Source: Podarcis cretensis
Taxonomy: Eukaryota
Assembly (NCBI GenBank): GCA_951804945.1
Contig: OX638164.1
Location: 12,338,001-12,402,000 of the forward strand
DNA: 64,000 nucleotides
Direction: 5' to 3'
Made by a program: the position numbers and the translations under genes. This document shows, in pieces, positions 12,395 through 26,026 of the stretch; position 1 is the stretch's first letter, and each line of letters opens with the position of its first letter. The notes beneath the pieces were generated by a model. It saw nothing but the letters and a program-made list of their open reading frames with translations. It ran no database searches and was not told the origin of the DNA.

Positions 12395-12591
12395 ATGAGA
12401 AACGTGCTAAGAGGAAGGCACGCTTGGCAACTCCACACCATGATCAGCTCCCGCCCCGAAACCAATATCCCCACTGTGGAAGGACGTGTGGGTCCAGAAT
12501 TGGCCTCCACAGTCACTTACAGACTCATTGTTAAAACCGTGTTTATGGAAGACAATCTTACTCGACCAGGAGTGATCGCCAAAGAAGAAGA
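12395..12591 (+). mobile_element. 3' end of a non-BovB RTE-clade LINE
   Basis: One frame reads YPHCGRTCGSRIGLHSHLQTHC* (C2H2-like RTE C-terminus), followed by a short UTR and a (GAA)n tail. Confidence 0.7.
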
Positions 12592-13364
12592 CGGCAATTT
12601 TTAAAATGTGTTCCCATTGAGATCCCATGATTAAAATTTGGGTAGCTCCTAGAAATAGTAAATAATCAATACTTTTTTTTGGAAGCTTTCAATTGTAACT
12701 TTTTTGCAGTGTTAAATTTTAAAGTAAGTCCATCATGTGACATATCATATTAAAGCCCATGAAGTTCTGAAGAGATTGGTGTTTTTGTTTTGACATATCT
12801 CAATTCTTGGCTGAGCTTTTAAGGTTTTTGTGTAGTCTGACAAGGCCAAAATTGTCAATTTTTTGAAATTTCAAACCCTCATAACTCAAATGGGATGAGA
12901 CATTAAAATTTTAGATTTAAACTTAGTTTTGATCATATTCACACCTCAAGATGCTAAGCTACCACTTAAAATAACAATAATGTTCACAACCCATTGAGTT
13001 TTCTGTCACTTCACACTCGGCCCCAGGAGAAAGTGCACAGTGCCTTCCCCTCATCAGTGATCAGTAGTGTCATAGGCTGTACTGCTTGCATTCTTTAACC
13101 TTTATTGTTTGCCTTTCTTTTACAATGGAAAATACAAGGAGGGCTTCCATCAGAAGTTATAAAACAACCAAGCTATAAACATCAAAGACATACATGAACC
13201 ATCACCAAGGGTGGTGCCTTCAATCATGTCAGCACACTAAAGCTGAAGCTACTGTCCAATACAACCGTTAGCCCTAAGGCACAAGTGACGAACTTGTGAT
13301 TAGATTCCAACTTCCATCAAGGGCCTCTTCTGAAATAACGTTTTCCACATGCTCAAGTGGCATA

Positions 13365-14044
13365 CAGGGACAGATCTATGAAACTAATGAAGCTTAAGTT
13401 TCAGGGGCCCCAATTCTGGAGGAGCCCCAGAAGTGACTTTAGTCCGTATTGCTTAAAATTTTGGGGTCTGGTAGATGCGGGTGGCACTGTGGGTTAAACC
13501 ACAGAGCCTAGGGCTTGCTGATCAGAAGGTCGGTGGTTCGAATCCCTGCAATGGGGTAAGCTCCCATTGCTCAGTCCCTGCTCCTGCCAGTTAGAAAGCA
13601 CGCAGTGCAAGTTGATAAATAGGTACTGCTCCGGCGGGAAGGTAAACGGCATTTCCGTGCACTGCTCTGGTTCGCCAGAAGCAGCTTAGTCATGCTGGCC
13701 ACATGACCCGGAAGCTGTACGCCAGCTCCCTCGGCCAGTAAAGTGAGATGAGCGCCACAACCCCTGAGTCGTCCGCGACTGGACCTAATGGTCAGGGGTC
13801 CCTTTACCCTTTAGACCAGTTTGAGTCACATTACTCAAATTGATTGATTTTTTTGTTGTATATACTTCAACAATTCCAAAGTTTTGAGAGTCCGTAGCAC
13901 AAATGTTATAAAGGTATTGTGATCTGCTGTGGAACAACCCCATTGAAGAAGATTACATTAGCTACCCAGACCTTGCTACTGGTTGCAAAGGGGCCCACAT
14001 GAGAGTCCAAGCTTCAGGGCCCCCAAAATGTACGTCTGCCACTG
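13365..14044. mobile_element. Degenerate hAT element hosting a Sauria SINE
   Basis: Imperfect TIR CAGGGACAGA/CAGTGGCAGA. TSD GTGGCATA/GTGGCATG (7/8). Confidence 0.65.
13473..13813 (+). mobile_element. Sauria SINE
   Basis: tRNA-like head with A box and B box GGTTCGAATCC. 3' CCTTTACC tail. Colinear with 35717-36077. Confidence 0.9.
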
Positions 14045-14789
14045 GTGGCATGACACCTTTGGGATGTAATCCTATATGCACTTTTCTAGGTTGTAAGCCC
14101 TATTTGTCACAGGAGAACTGCCAAATAAGGTGCATATTATGAACTGTGTTTGCAGCAGCGGTTTGGGGACCAGAACTTACTTGATCAAAAATATTTAGAA
14201 GGGCTGTCACAACTAAAGGAAATTTGGGCTTCAATTCTGTACATGCTTCCTTGGGAGAAAGTACCATTGAATTCAGTGGGATAGCATTGTCAAGCCTATT
14301 TCTTTAAGAATTATTACTTCTCAATTGAAGGGACATATTTTGCTTTCTATTAAACCTCTTTCACCATCTACTTTACAAACCAAGCATGGTGCATATGAAA
14401 ATTATTTGTCATACCACTCCTTTGTATAATCCCATTTATATTATAATTATGTCCACCTGTGTTATAAGGACGCCAAATGCAGAAAGCTTTGAAACCAATT
14501 ATTTCAGATTATTACTTTAACTATAAGTGGTCAGAAATGACTAATAGCAGAATCAGAAGTAAAACAAATGCTTACTCACTTTGCCTTTCAAAAACCTTTC
14601 AAAAAAGAACTTTTTTTTTTTTTTGCTTTTGTCTTGCCACTTTTTAACTTCCTTTTAGTGCCAACAGATGGATAATAAGTATCATATGCTGTTTCAGGTG
14701 TTAAGAAGCTCCTTCATCAGAAAAAAGCATTAATGTAACACTGTGTGATTCAGTAGAGAATGTTAGTATCTGAAAGACTTCCCTTAAAT

Positions 14790-15507
14790 CCGGGGTGTCA
14801 AACTCAAATTCATCGGGGGCCGCATCAGCAGTTTGGTCACCCTCAAAGGGCCGGTTGTATCTGTAGGACTATGTGTCCACTCTTTATTATCATAAATTAT
14901 TGTCACTGCATTCAATTATTACTGTTTTTTGTAATAATGTAAGTAATAACTAGCTCTGAAAGCAGAAACATAGTCAGAATAATGGCAAGTAGATATTCAA
15001 ATGTACAATTATTGTACAATTTATTGAAAAATGATTTTTGGTAACAGACAGTAATTTTTTTAAAAAAACAGATTGTAGTTTATGTAAAGTGACACGGAAG
15101 TAGTCAGTATATCCAAAGTTTACCGCTCAGACTTTTAAGCAGAATAATAAGCAGACCCCCCCCCCATACATCATATGTACTTACAGTACAGGAGAGAAGG
15201 GTTCAGGCAGCCGTTGGATCTGTCACATCACAGGATGGCATGTGCTCAATATAAAAACAAGTGGAGGTTTCCTGAATGCATGTAAAGTGGAGGTTTCCTG
15301 TGTAGAACGGCCGGTGCTGCTAGAGGGCAGATGTTCTCTGGCTTGTAGGCTGCCGCGCATGTGCTGAAGAGGCAGCTTTCTTGTGTCAAAAAAAAAAAAA
15401 AGCGAGAATAAAAGGTGAAGGTTGGTGGCCGGCGGCAGCTACATGGGCCACATGATGAGGTCTGGCGGACTGGATTCGGCCCGCGGGCCTTGTGTTTGAC
15501 ACCCGTG
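14790..15507. mobile_element. Non-autonomous hAT (Charlie/Buster-type) element
   Basis: TIR GGGTGTCAAAC/GTTTGACACCC. Perfect 8-bp TSD CCTTAAAT with central TA at 14782-14789 and 15508-15515. Confidence 0.88.
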
Positions 15508-15727
15508 CCTTAAATAATCCTTAAGCCTCAAGGAAGATAATGAAATCATAACAACAATTGTTTTTTGTGGAGTAACTTTTAATTCTACAAAAGCACATTG
15601 TTACTGTCACAGAACAACCAAAAATACAGATTTGATCATGCAAGTGGGACTACTGCTACCTGTTCCTGTTCTTGAGTATCCATACTGAAAATGCAAAAGT
15701 CTAATTTGCTGTCTCTTCTTTTCTCAG

Positions 15728-15925
15728 ATAAGTGCAAATTTTGTGTACTGTCCACTGACTGGCTTTGCTGTGGGAGAAAAGCAATCAGAATTTGCAGGCT
15801 GGGCATTTCCATTTCCAGGAGTCTATTTACTGGAAGGGTTTATAAGTGCAGATGAAGAATGCAAGATGGTTGAGTTGATGGACTGCAGTGCTTGGAAGCC
15901 ATCACAGTCTGGCCGAAGAAAACAG
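15728..15925 (+). CDS. ALKBH4: ALKBH4 exon 2 (ISANFVYCPLTG...GWAFPFPGV...SQSGRRKQ)
   Basis: Conserved GWAFPFPGV and SQSGRRKQ. tttctcag acceptor, CAG|GT donor, 198 nt. Confidence 0.95.
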
Positions 15926-17764
15926 GTCTTGTCCTCAAATTGAAATTCCTTCAACCCCAACTTGTCTGTTTTTTAAAAATGTGCATGGCTTTCCCCTCTT
16001 CCTCCTCATCTCCCTCTTTCTGCTTCAAATGCAGTGGATAGTGTGTTGGACCAGCACTGGGGCAACGTGAGTTCCAATAGCCACATATACAGCCTTTCCA
16101 ATATGACACCTGCATACACAGCCTAATTTATTTCTTTTAAAGTATTTTTGTATGTATGTATGTATGTATGTATGTATGTACTGCCATCCAGAAGTAGGGC
16201 TGTGCATTGAATCACCATATTGTTGAAATAACATAATAAGTCTTTCAACAAAGCAATATACCTTGCAGATGATTTGCAGGTACAGTGTCTACTGCTCTGT
16301 TTGTTCTCTCCCTTCTTCTAAGGACAAGAAATGAAGATAAGTCCTTACAAACCAGCAAACTCTTTCAGCTTCACCAGTATCTTTTTATTTAGAGCTCAGC
16401 TAATTATGCAGAGTCTACTAATAATCCAGGGGAAACCCTCCCACAGCTAGACAATCAAAGAGGCAAAGTAAACAAAGAACTGGAAAGCACTTATTTCTTC
16501 CCTCACCAGTGAAAAAAAGAGGGGGAAGAGTTTTCATTTTCATTTTCTGGTGGTGTTTATGTCATTGGTTCCCCCCAAATAGCTTTCTTCCATATTAAAA
16601 AGGGTGATTTTTAAAAGATAAAAATTAAAGGAGACTAACTTTGCTTGCTGGCCCTCCCTCCCTCCCTTTGATAAAAAAAGGAAAGATTGGTATTATGAAG
16701 GCTTGGGGGGGGCTTCTGTGGGGGGGATGGAGGGGAGAAGATTTAGCTGGCTGCCTTATACTGAATGGGAGGTTGGGTACTGTGAGAATGATGGTGAGGG
16801 TGTTTTTCAAAAGCAAATGTGTGTCTACTCACAAGCAAGCCCTACTGAATTTAATGGGCTTACTCCAAGGAAAGTAGAAGCAAGTTTAGTTCATAAATAA
16901 GTTGAAAATATATTAAATAGAATATATGGAAGTTTATTTAATATTTTTATTAAATCTACTACTTCCTTACTTTTTAAGGCCCTCCACTACTGCAGGGAGC
17001 CTTGTCAAGGCCCTTGGCTACTGCAGGGAAGTGTGGCGCACCCTCCACTGCTGTGGGGAGGTATGGCAGGAGCCTCTGCCCCCGTGGGGAGGCCCAGCAA
17101 GGCCCTCCGCCACCACAGATATATATCATTATATATCGAGATATTGTGATATTTAGCTGGGGATATATATTGTGATGTTGAAAACCAGATATCACCCAGG
17201 CCTATCCGGAAGTACTCTGGGCAGCTTATAGTCATAAAGTGATGAAATATAGTATGATTAAGTGACAATATGATAAAAACAGCATGCAGTCTTAAATTTC
17301 CAGGAATGAGAGAGATCAAAACCTACTAATTAAAATCACAAAAGCCCCAGAGTACAGCTTCTGAAGAGGATCTTCAGGCTCCAGTGGGGATTAGATGGGA
17401 AAATACGATGCTTTAGTTATATGAAACCAACTTTACAGACAGAAATATCCACCATCACGCCAGCAGGTGAGACAGGAAAACCTATTTGCGCAAGTGAAAG
17501 TATGTTGCACAAGTGGGCTGGATGTCATTCTTAAGATTTCTTCTATCAAGGGACAGCTGTACTTAATAAACTGCATTGGTAGTGCTTGTAAGGTGGGTCA
17601 GCATTATTATTCTCATACTTCCATTTGTGGATTAAGGACCAGCTTGTCTGAGGCTTCCTAGAGGCTTCATGGTCAAGGTAAGATTTGAACCAGGAAAAAG
17701 TGAAGCAGTGCTTTGTACCAGCTCAAGTAACCTTTTCTTCGCCTCCTCCTCCTCCTTCCTATAG

Positions 17765-18439
17765 GACTATGGCCCCAAAGTGAATTTCAAGAAGCGCAAG
17801 TTGAAAGCAGGCGGTTTTGCTGGCTTGCCCAGCTTCAGCCAGGAGATTGTGACTCGAATGAGAAGCCATTCTGTGCTCAAGGACTTCTCTCCAGTCGAGC
17901 AGTGCAACTTGGATTATGGCCCCGAGAGAGGGGCTGCTATTGACCCCCATTGGGATGACTGGTGGCTTTGGGGGGAACGCCTGGTTAGCTTAAACTTGCT
18001 TTCAGCAACTGTGCTCTCCATGTCTTGCGACTCAGAGGATCATATCCAGTTATTTCCAGCCTTTCTTCAAGAAAGCAAGCAGGTACACAGCTCTTTGACC
18101 CATGCTGTTTCTCAGGAGCATTGGCCTAAAGAGTCTACTTCTTCAGGAGGATTCAGAAGCACCACAAAGTGGGGAACTGACCCTTCTTCCCCCACCAGGT
18201 CAGTTTTGTCTAAAGAGGTTGTCGTCGCCATTCACTTACCTCAGAGATCACTAGTGGTTCTGTATGGACCGGCTCGCTATAGATGGAAACATGCCATTTA
18301 TCGCCATCATATTAAAAGCCGCCGTATCTGCATCACCTTCAGAGAATTGTCTGCAGAGTTCAGTCTTGGAGGACAACAGGAAGAATTGGGTCAAAAGCTC
18401 CTAAAAACAGCTCTGACATACCAGGGAATACCTGTATAG
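17765..18439 (+). CDS. ALKBH4: ALKBH4 exon 3, Fe(II)/2-oxoglutarate dioxygenase domain to stop
   Basis: DYGPKVNF, EQCNLDY, HxD (IDPHWDD), distal His (WKHAI) and RRICITFR. cctatag acceptor, TAG stop. Total 338 aa. Confidence 0.97.
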   Translation, partial: DYGPKVNFKKRKLKAGGFAGLPSFSQEIVTRMRSHSVLKDFSPVEQCNLDYGPERGAAIDPHWDDWWLWGERLVSLNLLSATVLSMSCDSEDHIQLFPAFLQESKQVHSSLTHAVSQEHWPKESTSSGGFRSTTKWGTDPSSPTRSVLSKEVVVAIHLPQRSLVVLYGPARYRWKHAIYRHHIKSRRICITFRELSAEFSLGGQQEELGQKLLKTALTYQGIPV

Positions 18440-19754
18440 GCATCCATGTGGAGGAACTGAAACTCTTTAACTTGTTTGGATCCCCGGAAATTAAACTTCA
18501 AGGCTTTTCATAAACTTGGGTATTTTTCTGATAATTCTACTAAAGTTGTGGTTTTCAGTGATCTTTCAAGGAACCCCTTGCTCCTCTTCCACCAGCTCTT
18601 AGGCACACTGATATTTCAAGGGACACCGGCAAGACTTCTTGGGCTTTATCATTCCCTGTGAAAGGGCAGTGTACCCCAGATGTAGGAGATTAATTAAAAG
18701 TGCATGAAACTTGCACATATATAATAGCTGCAGGGCAAACACCACAGGTAAAAAGGTTATGAGATGTTGCCCCGTACCAGGTTAAACCATTACACCGTTT
18801 ATTTTTAAATGTTGCTGAATTTCTTACAAAACACTCAAGGCAATTAACAATCACCAAAGTTAATGGTTAATTAAGACAAATTGAGAAAGCACGTATGAAG
18901 TTGATGAGGTCAGCAAAGGTGAAGGAACCAGAAATGGGAACAACAGACACGCCTCCTGCAGTGAAAAGGTTTTCAGGCTGCACCAGAATACCAATGGAGG
19001 CAAGAGAGATTTCCCAGGGTTGTGGGCTCCACAGCCTGGGTCCTGCAGCGGAGAAGGCCCTTGCCTGTATTTCCACCAACCCTGGGAGGTGGTACCAGGC
19101 TTTTTCTTAGTAAGCAATTGCATGGATTGCTACCTGTATCCTTTTTCTTATAGCTCCATAAGTAAGAGGCGTAGATTTTCTCAGGCAGTGACACCCCTGG
19201 GGTCTGCTTGCTGCACTGTGCCTTGACTCACAGCTCCTGGGACTGAGCACTTTCACTGCTCTGCTTTTAAGAGCAATTAACTGGAAATTGAATGTGCTTT
19301 ACTGTAGATTCTCCTTCAGTAGCCCATGTTCTGCCTGCACACATGGATTGGCAGTTTATATAAAAATAATACAGTACAATCACACTAATGTTTCTTTCCC
19401 CCAAACATAATTTTAGAAAGCTGGGAAAATATGTCTTAAATCCAGCACAGAATCCCAGCTGTCTGATAAAAAGGATGTAAGGCATTTGACAACATGGGAC
19501 ATACTTCCTTCCCTTGAGGGAACCCTGCTCCACCCATGCTCTGCTTGCTTGCTGACTAAATTGTAATAGGAAGATCCCCAGACAGCAGGTAGCACCTGTG
19601 CTTTGACAGTAACCACAACAAGATTCTAGGGGCTGATGAAATCATACGCTCTATTGCACCAGTATTTCCCCCCCTGTATGCAGACCCGAAACACAGCTTA
19701 ATATTTCCCATGTAATTATATTCAAAAGTGTGAAGAATACCTACCATATATATA

Positions 19755-20117
19755 GGTAAAGGTAAAGGTACCCCTGCCCGTACGGGCCAGTCTTGACAGA
19801 CTCTGGGGTTGTGCGCCCATCTCACTTAAGAGGCCAGGGGCCAGCGCTGTCCGGAGACACTTCCGGGTCACGTGGCCAGCGTGACAAAGCTGCATCTGGC
19901 GAGCCAGAGCCGCACACGGAAACGCTGTTTACCTTCCCGCCGGTAAGCGGTCCCTATTTATCTACTTGCACCCGGAGGTGCTTTCGAACTGCTAGGTTGG
20001 CAGGCGCTGGGACCGAGCAGCGGGAGCGCACCCCGCCGCAGGGATTCGAACCGCCGACCTTTCGATCGGCAAGTCCTAGGCGCTGAGGCTTTAACCCACA
20101 GCGCCACCTGCGTCCCC
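19755..20117 (-). mobile_element. Sauria SINE (different subfamily)
   Basis: Head GGGACGCAGGTGGCGCTGTGGGTTAAA, B box, (ACCTTT)n tail. 12-bp TSD ACCATATATATA at 19743-19754 and 20118-20129. Confidence 0.9.
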
Positions 20118-23100
20118 ACCATATATATACACCACACAAATGGTGTATTTTGCTTTTCTCATGATGACTCAGCTGGCAGCTATGAGAGAGACTGCTACGG
20201 AATGAATAAATAAATAGGCATTGAAAGAACAGTATTTAAAAGTATCTGCTGGTGAAGGGAGGCTGAGGCTGTGGAAAGCCCCCCACCTGCAGAATCACCT
20301 GCATGGAGAAGGATACAGGTGGTACAACTAACAGTTCCATTACTGATTCAGTTAACTATTAAGGAAACAAGAAGAGTCCGTCTAGTCCAGTATCCCAGCA
20401 TAATTCAGGGTCCTGTGGAAAATTATGCTAGCAGCTCAGATGCAGTTGCCTGACAGTGCTGGGGGCACCAGGCTGGCTTTTCGAGGTGGGGCGGCTGGGG
20501 CAGAAAAGGCATCAGTAGTGGGCCCTGCTAGAGTGTTGAGACCTTGGTAACTGCCCATGAATGTGAGGTGATGGTGCAAGTCCTATAATTCAGACACCTA
20601 ATGCAGCTAAAAATGTCAGCGCCAGATAGGTAGATGCCTGCTTGAATATATTTAAAAATATTTTGATCAAGTGGCACCAACTGGGGGTGTGCATATGTGG
20701 GGAATCTGGGGTTGGGAGTTCCACAGTTTAAGCATCCTCCTGCCCAGCTCCCACTGGGGTTACCATCAAATACATTATTAAGAAAAAAATGAATTGCTAA
20801 AAGAGAGGGCAAATATATTGGTGACATTTGAACATGCTTATGTGTGCCTACACTAGCCAGGTGCTAACTGTTTATGGGGAAACATCAGAACCTCTGCTGG
20901 TCTACCTTTTGATGGACCAGGCAGCCCTTTACACAGAGAACTGTCCTCTTAAAAATAGGACACATGGCCACTCTGTCTCTTCTCACAGATCACTTTACAA
21001 AGGGAGAATCCTTTCTCCTCCCAAAATGCAATTATTCCTCTGAAATCTAGGGTTGGGAACAAGAAATTAGGGCGCAAGCCTGACGGAAGGACATAAAACG
21101 GCAACCGTGCTTTGCAATTCCTAGATACGCGAACAGAGATTTGTGAACTTGCAAAAATGGTTTTTAAATCTACAATTAATAATTTAAGAATGGATTTTGG
21201 CCTTTGCTACTGCAGTTGTAATAGCCTTAAAAGTACTTAAGAGTTTGACAGAACGTAAGCTGTGACTCTCAGCAATTTATTTCCCAAAAGATCAAGGGTA
21301 GAAAGTGAATTTGACGTGCTTCAGAAATTCAGTGCCTTGAACAGCGGTCTGTACAGTTTTTTCAAGGGGAAGGAGAATTGTTCTATCATGTTACCGGAAT
21401 CCAGTAATCAAAGCTGAAAATCAGCAAACATCAGAACATCCTTGATGAGCCACAATTTATGACAACAGTACAAAAAGGTTTAGCTTGGTCTGCAGAGCAG
21501 CTGTGGTTCCATACCACTTTTAATTACGGTAAGACAGAGAAGTGGTGGGCGTGAGACCTTGGAAACTGGATAGAGATGAGAAGGGCCTCATTAGCTGATT
21601 ACAACAATGAGAGAGGCCTGGTCACCTGAGAAGCTGGGTTAAGGGAGGGACATCAAAGCAGATGGTGATGCCGCACCAAGGCTGGCAGCAGTGGCCTTTA
21701 TGAGATAATGCTGAAAGGAAATGCGCTTAAAAGACAACAGGGAAGCTTGCAGAGAAATGGGAGAGTTCCCACTACTTAGCAATGCAGAAAGTTCTGGCAT
21801 CACCTCTGAGCAACATAAAAAGTTGAGGATAGGATTGTACTTGCTCTTCCACTCCCAGTCGCCCCCCCCCACCCCGTTCTTCTGTTCCCCATTTCTTGTA
21901 GCAATGTAGCTGTATGTGTGCATGACTTACAATGCTTTATGACTTTGAACACGTTTAAAAATAAATGCTAAAAAGAAGAGGGAAAAGGGCAGCAGATCCA
22001 AGTCCTGCCACAAAAAAACTTTGGGGCCTGGGTCACTCCCTAACAATGCCCATTTCCAGACTTAAGGGATTCTTCTGAAAGTCATTAGCCTGCAGCTGCT
22101 CACAAGACTTGGCAGAATGATTTATTCCTCCAAAGGTCAACCGTTTTCATTATGGCCAAGAATATGGCCTTTCAAGAAAGACTGTTCTGGATTTTGCACA
22201 CTTCGGATGGTTCACTGCTTCCACTAATTAGCAGCAAAATAATTTTGCTCTTGCTTCTAGGTCACCCAGCTCATTGTACTCTCTCTCACGCACCCATTTT
22301 TATTGTGAACTGACGCCTATCGCAAAGTACGAAAAATATTATTCTTCCTAACTGTCCACCCCTTGGTAGTTACTAGTTTTGTTTTTCCGGTTTCTCCATT
22401 AACGGCCCCCCTGCCAGAGCCACTCCCATCTGTGCAACCATTTTCTCCAGTACTATTGGGTAGCAGCTGCTCACAACCGAAAGCCTTGAACCAAGTCAAG
22501 CCATCGTTTTGCCTCATCTGGCACATTCTGCTGAAACCAGCAGTGGGTCTTCATGGAAAGCATGAGTTCTGCCACTGAGTTTTAGCCCTTTTGCTAGGAA
22601 CTCAAATATGAAAACCAGGTTGGGAGCATGTCCACACATGTCTTGGGGTGGGGTGCCTATTTTCTGAAGTCCAGTCCTTGGAAGATAGTGACTGGATCGT
22701 GTCCGAGGGAGGGCGAGTAAGACAGCAAGGGGTAGAGATGTTCCTAGGTCATTTTCACTAATACATGCATTTTTAAGCGCAATTCCCTCTAGTTTATGCA
22801 CCTTTGTACATATTCCTTGGCCAGAGAACTGCACTGCAAATTTCAGAGAAGTGCAAATTTCAAAGGGTGTTTCAGTTTGTGTAGTTTCAGAAAGTATGTA
22901 TTAGGTTCGCATATATGTGAATGGAATCAAATTTTCAACCCTTCCTCTGCTCCAAAGTGTAGGACGCAAACCCACTTCTTAATTATTATTTTGCCCTTTA
23001 TCACCAGGTGATCCTAGGGTGGACTACATAATAAAACAAGTACATACACTATCGCACAGGAAAAGAAATGTGTGGTATGACATTAACAAGCATAACAAGA

Positions 23101-23166
23101 TGGCAAAAATAATTTCATCAACTCCCTTGATATGCTCCTCTGTATTAAACATGCAACTTCATCGTA

Positions 23167-23392
23167 CAGTGGTACCTCGGGTTAAGTACTTAATTCATTC
23201 CGAAGGTCCGTTCTTAACGTGAAACTGTTCTTAACCTGAAGCACCACTCTAGCTAATGGAGCCTCCTGCTGCCGCCGCGCCGCTGGAGCACGATTTCTGT
23301 TCTCATCCTGAAGCAAAGTTCTTAATCCAAGGTACTATTTCTGGGTTAGCGGAGTCTGTAACCTGAAGCATATGTAACCTGAGGTACCACTG
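23167..23392 (+). mobile_element. Tc1/mariner MITE, family A
   Basis: Same TIRs and body, TA flanks. Confidence 0.88.
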
Positions 23393-23800
23393 TATCAGGT
23401 GGATGTGTTGTTGAAGCCCTGGTAGAAAAGGAAAGTCTTTAGCTTGTGCTGAAAGCTAAGCGATGCCAGCACCAGCCTTACCATAGAAAGGGAATTCTGC
23501 AACGCTGAGAAGGTCCTAACTCAGATCAAAACACTGCAGCCTTCACCCAGAGCTGGAATAATGAGGACTTGCTTTGCTGGTGGATCTTAAAAGCCTAGGC
23601 AGGACAATACAGGGAGAGATTGTCTAGAAAACTAGATGCTAGGGATTTGTACGCAAGCTCTGAGACTATGAATTGGCAGCATAATTTAGCTGGGTCCACG
23701 TTGCAAGGAAAAGGATTCCGACTAAACATTAAGGAAGAACTTCCCAGCAGTATGAGCCTTTGAAAGTGGGGAAGAATAACCTTGGAAATTGATGGACTTG

Positions 23801-23865
23801 GCATCCCTGCTAAGTGGCCCTCCAGTCTGATTTAAAGTGACTGGAGGGCCACTTAGCAGGGATGC
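23801..23865. repeat. Perfect 27-bp inverted repeat with 11-nt loop
   Basis: GCATCCCTGCTAAGTGGCCCTCCAGTC / GACTGGAGGGCCACTTAGCAGGGATGC. Confidence 0.95.
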
Positions 23866-26026
23866 TTGAGCAGATTACCTGCATAGAGAAAGGGTTGGGC
23901 TTCATGACATTTCAGATCCCTTCCAACGCCATGATTCTATGATTTCCCTCCACTGTGCTACAGATTTATTGATGGCATTTATCCACCACCTTTGTAATAT
24001 TTATCCCAGGGTGGTTTACAATGAAAATTTAGAGAGTCAATATGTACTACCTGCAGCCCTCCAGTTCCTGGAGGCCTTGTTCTCAAGGAAGCTTGCGACT
24101 CCAGACTTTGCATGCTGTTGTGCTGCCAAGGGAGCCCCACGCACTTGCATCACTGGGGCTTTCGGAAGAACTCGAAGATCAAATCCATATCAGGCTTGTG
24201 ATTTGGGCCAAGTGCAGAAATGAGCTCAGGTACCCCACAATCGCACAAGCCTTTCCCTGACTCTAAAGGACTTCAAAGAGGTAACAGATTTTTTTTAAAG
24301 CATCTCAAAGATGGCTTAGAAGTATTTAATAATTGGCAGTTTAGGCAGATTTCACAAATTACACGTGGGGGGGGGGGGTAGGAGTGAGGAGATGTAAATG
24401 TAAATACAATATACTTATTAGTTATAATATGATTAGTGTGTCCCGCCGGCAGCCAAGCATGACAAAGGAGGAATGAGGTATAGCCGTTAAGGACATACTA
24501 CCAATATACAGATTAATTTAAACATTTTGGCAACAGTGTTTGTACAGCAAATAAGGTCCAAGGTGCTGTATTTTCTTTCAGAACAAGACTGTTACGCACA
24601 CAAAAGAGCACTTTTTTCTGTTTTCAAGGTGCAGTTCCCAATGACCGCAAACTTCTTACGTACCATACAGTTATTCTGTTGTTGCAATACAGAAACGCCG
24701 GGGATGCCGTAAGCCTCCATGAAACAGGACACAATGGCTCAAGCAGCTGGCAGATGCTATGCGGGTTTGCTTAAAAGTTGATCCCAACTCAACAGGGCTA
24801 CTTCATCACAAATCATTTGTTGATCATGTTGTTGCACAAGAAAGAAGCTTGGATGGCCCCTCAATTTTTGATTTCAGTTAGCCAAACACACTCTGAACAT
24901 TGGTGGCCAGGGGTGGTGGTGGGTGGCATCCTGTATAAATGCTGTTTAGGTGTCAAAGCAGCCAGCTCTTCAGGGAACAGAATGCTTCCAGGAAGAAGAG
25001 GCCCCAGTCCTTCCCTATGTCTCACCCCCATGATGTGATTCTTCTTCCTGTTTCTACGATATAGCTTTGGGCACACACAAACACGAAAAACTGCTCAAGC
25101 AGCAGCTGATGGCGGCTGTTTGGGCTTAGGGGTACCGGCCGAACAGCTCTGCTCTGTGTCAGTTTTCAAAACTTGTGCAATGTACAAAACTTGTGCAATA
25201 TACAAGTGGACACTGTGCCCATTCTAAAGCGCATTGGGGGTTGTGCTAGGAGAGAGATTTTCAGGCTACAGCCTTTTATATACACACAACAACAAACTTT
25301 GGTTACGCATTCACACCTGCATTTCTACTTGTGTAAAATACTACATGGTGCTCTTTAAAGCCCTTCTGTTCTTTGCTACCTGGTTTTTGTGTTGAAAGAC
25401 AGATAATCTCCAGCCCTTCCACAGAGGCAATGGAGCCCTTGCTAGCCGCTTTCTCAATGGGAACTCTTTCCACCCTATAGAAGCTACGGTACTTGAACTG
25501 GACAGAGGAAAAACTCATCTCTGATAGCATCCACCCCCCGCCCCCGGTTTCTGGTCTTGTCACAATTCCAGAAATAGTCCCTGCCCCTCCAATGTAAAAA
25601 AAGTCACTGTGGACACATTTCACAGATTTCCATAGATGTTCACGTACTGTGATTTACAAACTCCTCTCCAAAAGTGAAGTTTGTAAATCAATTGACGGTG
25701 AGAGAATCACACCCCTTTCCTCACTCTGCATATAAGCTCCTGCAGAAAAACACTTTGCTAAAACTGATGCATATTTTAAAAAATTGCTTAATCTGTCTCC
25801 CTTCCCACCCGCCTAAAAATGTGGAAAGCTAAAGGACAATCCCATCTTCAAACAACTGCATAGATGTAGGTAAAGGGTTCAGTTTTAATGACACAGTAAC
25901 ATCACCCACAGATTTGAAGAGCTGGCCACCCAGAACGTTTTGGCATCTGAGAACGTTAGGCACCTGGGGGTTAATTCCTGTTATGAAAATCCTCAGAGCT
26001 TCAAACAGAAAGGCACCCGCTGGCCA

